DNA of 64,000 bases from Podarcis erhardii (taxonomy: Eukaryota): assembly GCA_964252035.1 (NCBI GenBank), contig OZ176202.1; one strand, given 5' to 3'. The notes under the pieces were generated by a model, which saw only the letters and a program-made list of their open reading frames with translations, was not told the origin of the DNA and did no database searches. A program made the translations under genes and the position numbers. Positions 61,671-64,000 of this stretch are shown here, piece after piece (position 1 is the first letter of the stretch; the number at the start of each line of letters is the position of its first letter).

Positions 61671-63874
61671 TTAGACTGAGCAAGAGATAAAGGGATGTAT
61701 CCAAAGAATACATTGTGTGACTGCAACTACTTTCACACACATAAGGTAACTTCCACACTCTTCTCCCCCATGCACCCCGCAAATCTGCTCTGGGGGCCTC
61801 TGGTTTTTGGGAAACAGGTGCAGGGAGAAGATAGGGGGAAGTTCCACTGAATGAGCAGAGGTGGTACCGCTCTTGGAATGACTTTGTTGGATACAACATA
61901 GAACCTTCTCCATGTCAGCCCCACAGAATGAACTTTACTGAAAGCTGTTATGGAAATCTACCTACACATATGCATGAGATACTTTTGGACATAGTTTAAA
62001 AATATGTCAGAAACACCCATCCTGACAGAAAAGGTCAAGAAGTTAGCTATTTGAAGGACGCTTACTTTCCCCCCAACCCTGAACAGTAGTCTTAGGATGC
62101 AAACCCAAGATTTGAATTAAAAGAAAAATGTGTTCTACAGTATCTTCTGATAATGAAGAAAGTATCTTCTGAGAGAAGGGCTGCAACAGACCCTCAGCCC
62201 AAGGCATTTTTGCTTTGTTTTTATTGCTATCATGCCTTTTGCATAAACTCCCCAGCACCATCTCACTATTCCTGCCAACACTTTTCTTATGAGTCAGCTG
62301 AAAACCAAAAGTCTGTTGTTTTTTAAAAAACGAAAACACATTTCTAGGCCACCTTTATTGTACAAATGCAGGTGATGGATGTGAAAGCCTATTTTCCAGG
62401 CTCAGCTCTTATCTAACAAAGACCTACTGTATATTCTAGAGTGGTCACGGCGGCATTTGTCTGGCCATTGGAGGTGGTAGGGATAGTCCCTCCTAAACGG
62501 AAACAATGACTAACAGCTGCACTAGTGGGGCAGATCCCAAAGGCACTCCAATCATAACCAGAAGACTACTGGTGCATAACTTCCAGGTGTCTAATCAAAA
62601 CTGTAGAAGCTACAAGAATATGACTACTATAGTCCTCCGCTTTAGTAGCAACAAATGATTTGGCCCAAGTCAGCAGATGATTTGGCCCCATTACAGATGA
62701 TTTGGCTTAACATCAGAATCATCTGAATAATGATGAAAGTTGCGATAGCTGCAAAGGAAAGAATTAGAAATAGTGAGGGTGGCAACTTGAGTGTTAGTTG
62801 GCTTAGAAGAAGCAACTGATGAAACTGTTTGAAACAGTATTTCGACTGAACACAGTGGGAGAAGCCACATTGTGCTGCTTGGATTCAGGTCTCAGTAAAC
62901 AGCTTCTTTCTCATCTAGCCCCAGACTTCAGAGCCATTATACCATTGAAGTTCAGGCAGGGCTATGTCGCAGGGAGGTACTCATCTAATGCCAGTGCTCA
63001 GCTTTCTGGTAGCATTGTGCTAAGAGATGGATTTCCCAGTTGTTTTTCCCTTCCTGCAATTCTTAACAGGCCCCATCTTGTTCCTTCTAATACTGAACTT
63101 AGTAGTCCCATCATTCCTACTATCGGGGAAGTCAAATGTGGCCAACCACAGACAAGTTAAGCACTTGAATAGGTGGGAGCAATGAGGACTATTCTTCCCC
63201 TTTATTCAGACAAACCATCCTCTCTCAGAGATAGAAGCAAAAAAGGGCTCAGTTTGGTGCTAGGAGCCAGCTCTAAGCCAGAACCTTTTTGCACTATATA
63301 GCACACATCCAAGCTCCACACCATGGCATGTCCTTGGGGGTGAAACTTAAATTTTGCAAATTTCTTCAGTAAAGCATCTTAAAAGTATGTTTCTGGGTGT
63401 GAGGAATTCAAATCTGCTATTTTTTTTATTATTATTTTGTTATTGGACAACATTTAGCTTGGTAAGTCTTTTTTGATGAAGAAGCACCACTGCTTTTGGA
63501 TAACCAAAGAATTTTAATTTTACCTTCTGAAAATGTCAGGTAATGCTAAATGCTACTACCACTAAATAATTATATTCATGTATAATATAACTGTAAGTAC
63601 TTGGCAATCATTTTTAATGATTTCTATGCAGTTTTACACAGATTTTACTTACCAGCAGAACTAAATTATTAATTTAAGCAGAATATCTTTTGAATTCCCA
63701 TGTCATGTTACAGCTTTTCAGCACCCTTCATCTTTGGAATTTGAAAGTTGAAAAATTCAACACACCCTATTTCTACAAGGTTCCTGTTGCAGACTGATTG
63801 GAGGTAAAGTGAAGGGGAACACTCATATTAGGGGCTGGGAATGCACAAGAAGATTCTGAGTGCCCGGCTGTTCA

Positions 63875-64000
63875 TTGTTGTTTAGTCGTTTAGTTGTGTC
63901 TGACTCTTCGTGACCCGATGGACCAGAACACGCCAGGCACTCCTGTCTTCCACTGCCTCCCGCAGTTTGGTCAAACTCATGTTAGTAGCTTCGAGAACAC
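63875..64000 (-). mobile_element. BovB (RTE) LINE 3' end, runs off the window
   Basis: ttgttgtttagtcgtttagttgtgtctgactcttcgtgacccgatggaccag..ccaggcactcctgtcttccactgcctcccgcagtttggtcaaactcatg. Confidence 0.85.

Noticed and set aside
59300-63870. Possible MYB exons or another gene in the right-hand region
   Set aside because: No MYB-like or other recognisable coding sequence; only decayed repeats and AT-rich DNA

Overview
Vertebrate genomic DNA, most likely a lacertid lizard (inferred from the repeat content: Sauria SINE, BovB, CR1, Rex1/Babar, Penelope-like elements). Two spliced genes lie head-to-tail on the minus strand. ALDH8A1 coding exons 1-6 span 9537 to 904; its last exon lies left of the window. 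HBS1L is complete, with 18 coding exons from 53389 to 12188 (680 aa by summing exon lengths). It also has a 1499-nt alternative terminal coding exon (46764-48262) encoding the SKI7-like short isoform (643 aa). A CpG-island promoter sits at about 53-54 kb. The rest of the window is intergenic DNA which, by mammalian synteny, runs toward MYB (not in the window). Main findings: (1) a core-intact minimal hammerhead ribozyme in a Penelope-like insertion with a perfect 13-bp target-site duplication (TSD) at 56.8 kb; (2) an AG|GTAAG|G tandem acceptor resembling a recursive splice site at the HBS1/SKI7 isoform switch, preceded by a 132-nt AG-free zone; (3) substitutions in otherwise conserved motifs (RxxxFxxxL to TxxxFxxxL in the SKI7-like exon; GAAQ to GAAM in the GTPase domain); (4) nested and inverted transposons with possible RNA-structure effects. 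All calls were made by eye; homology statements are from memory of the human proteins and repeat families, not from searches.
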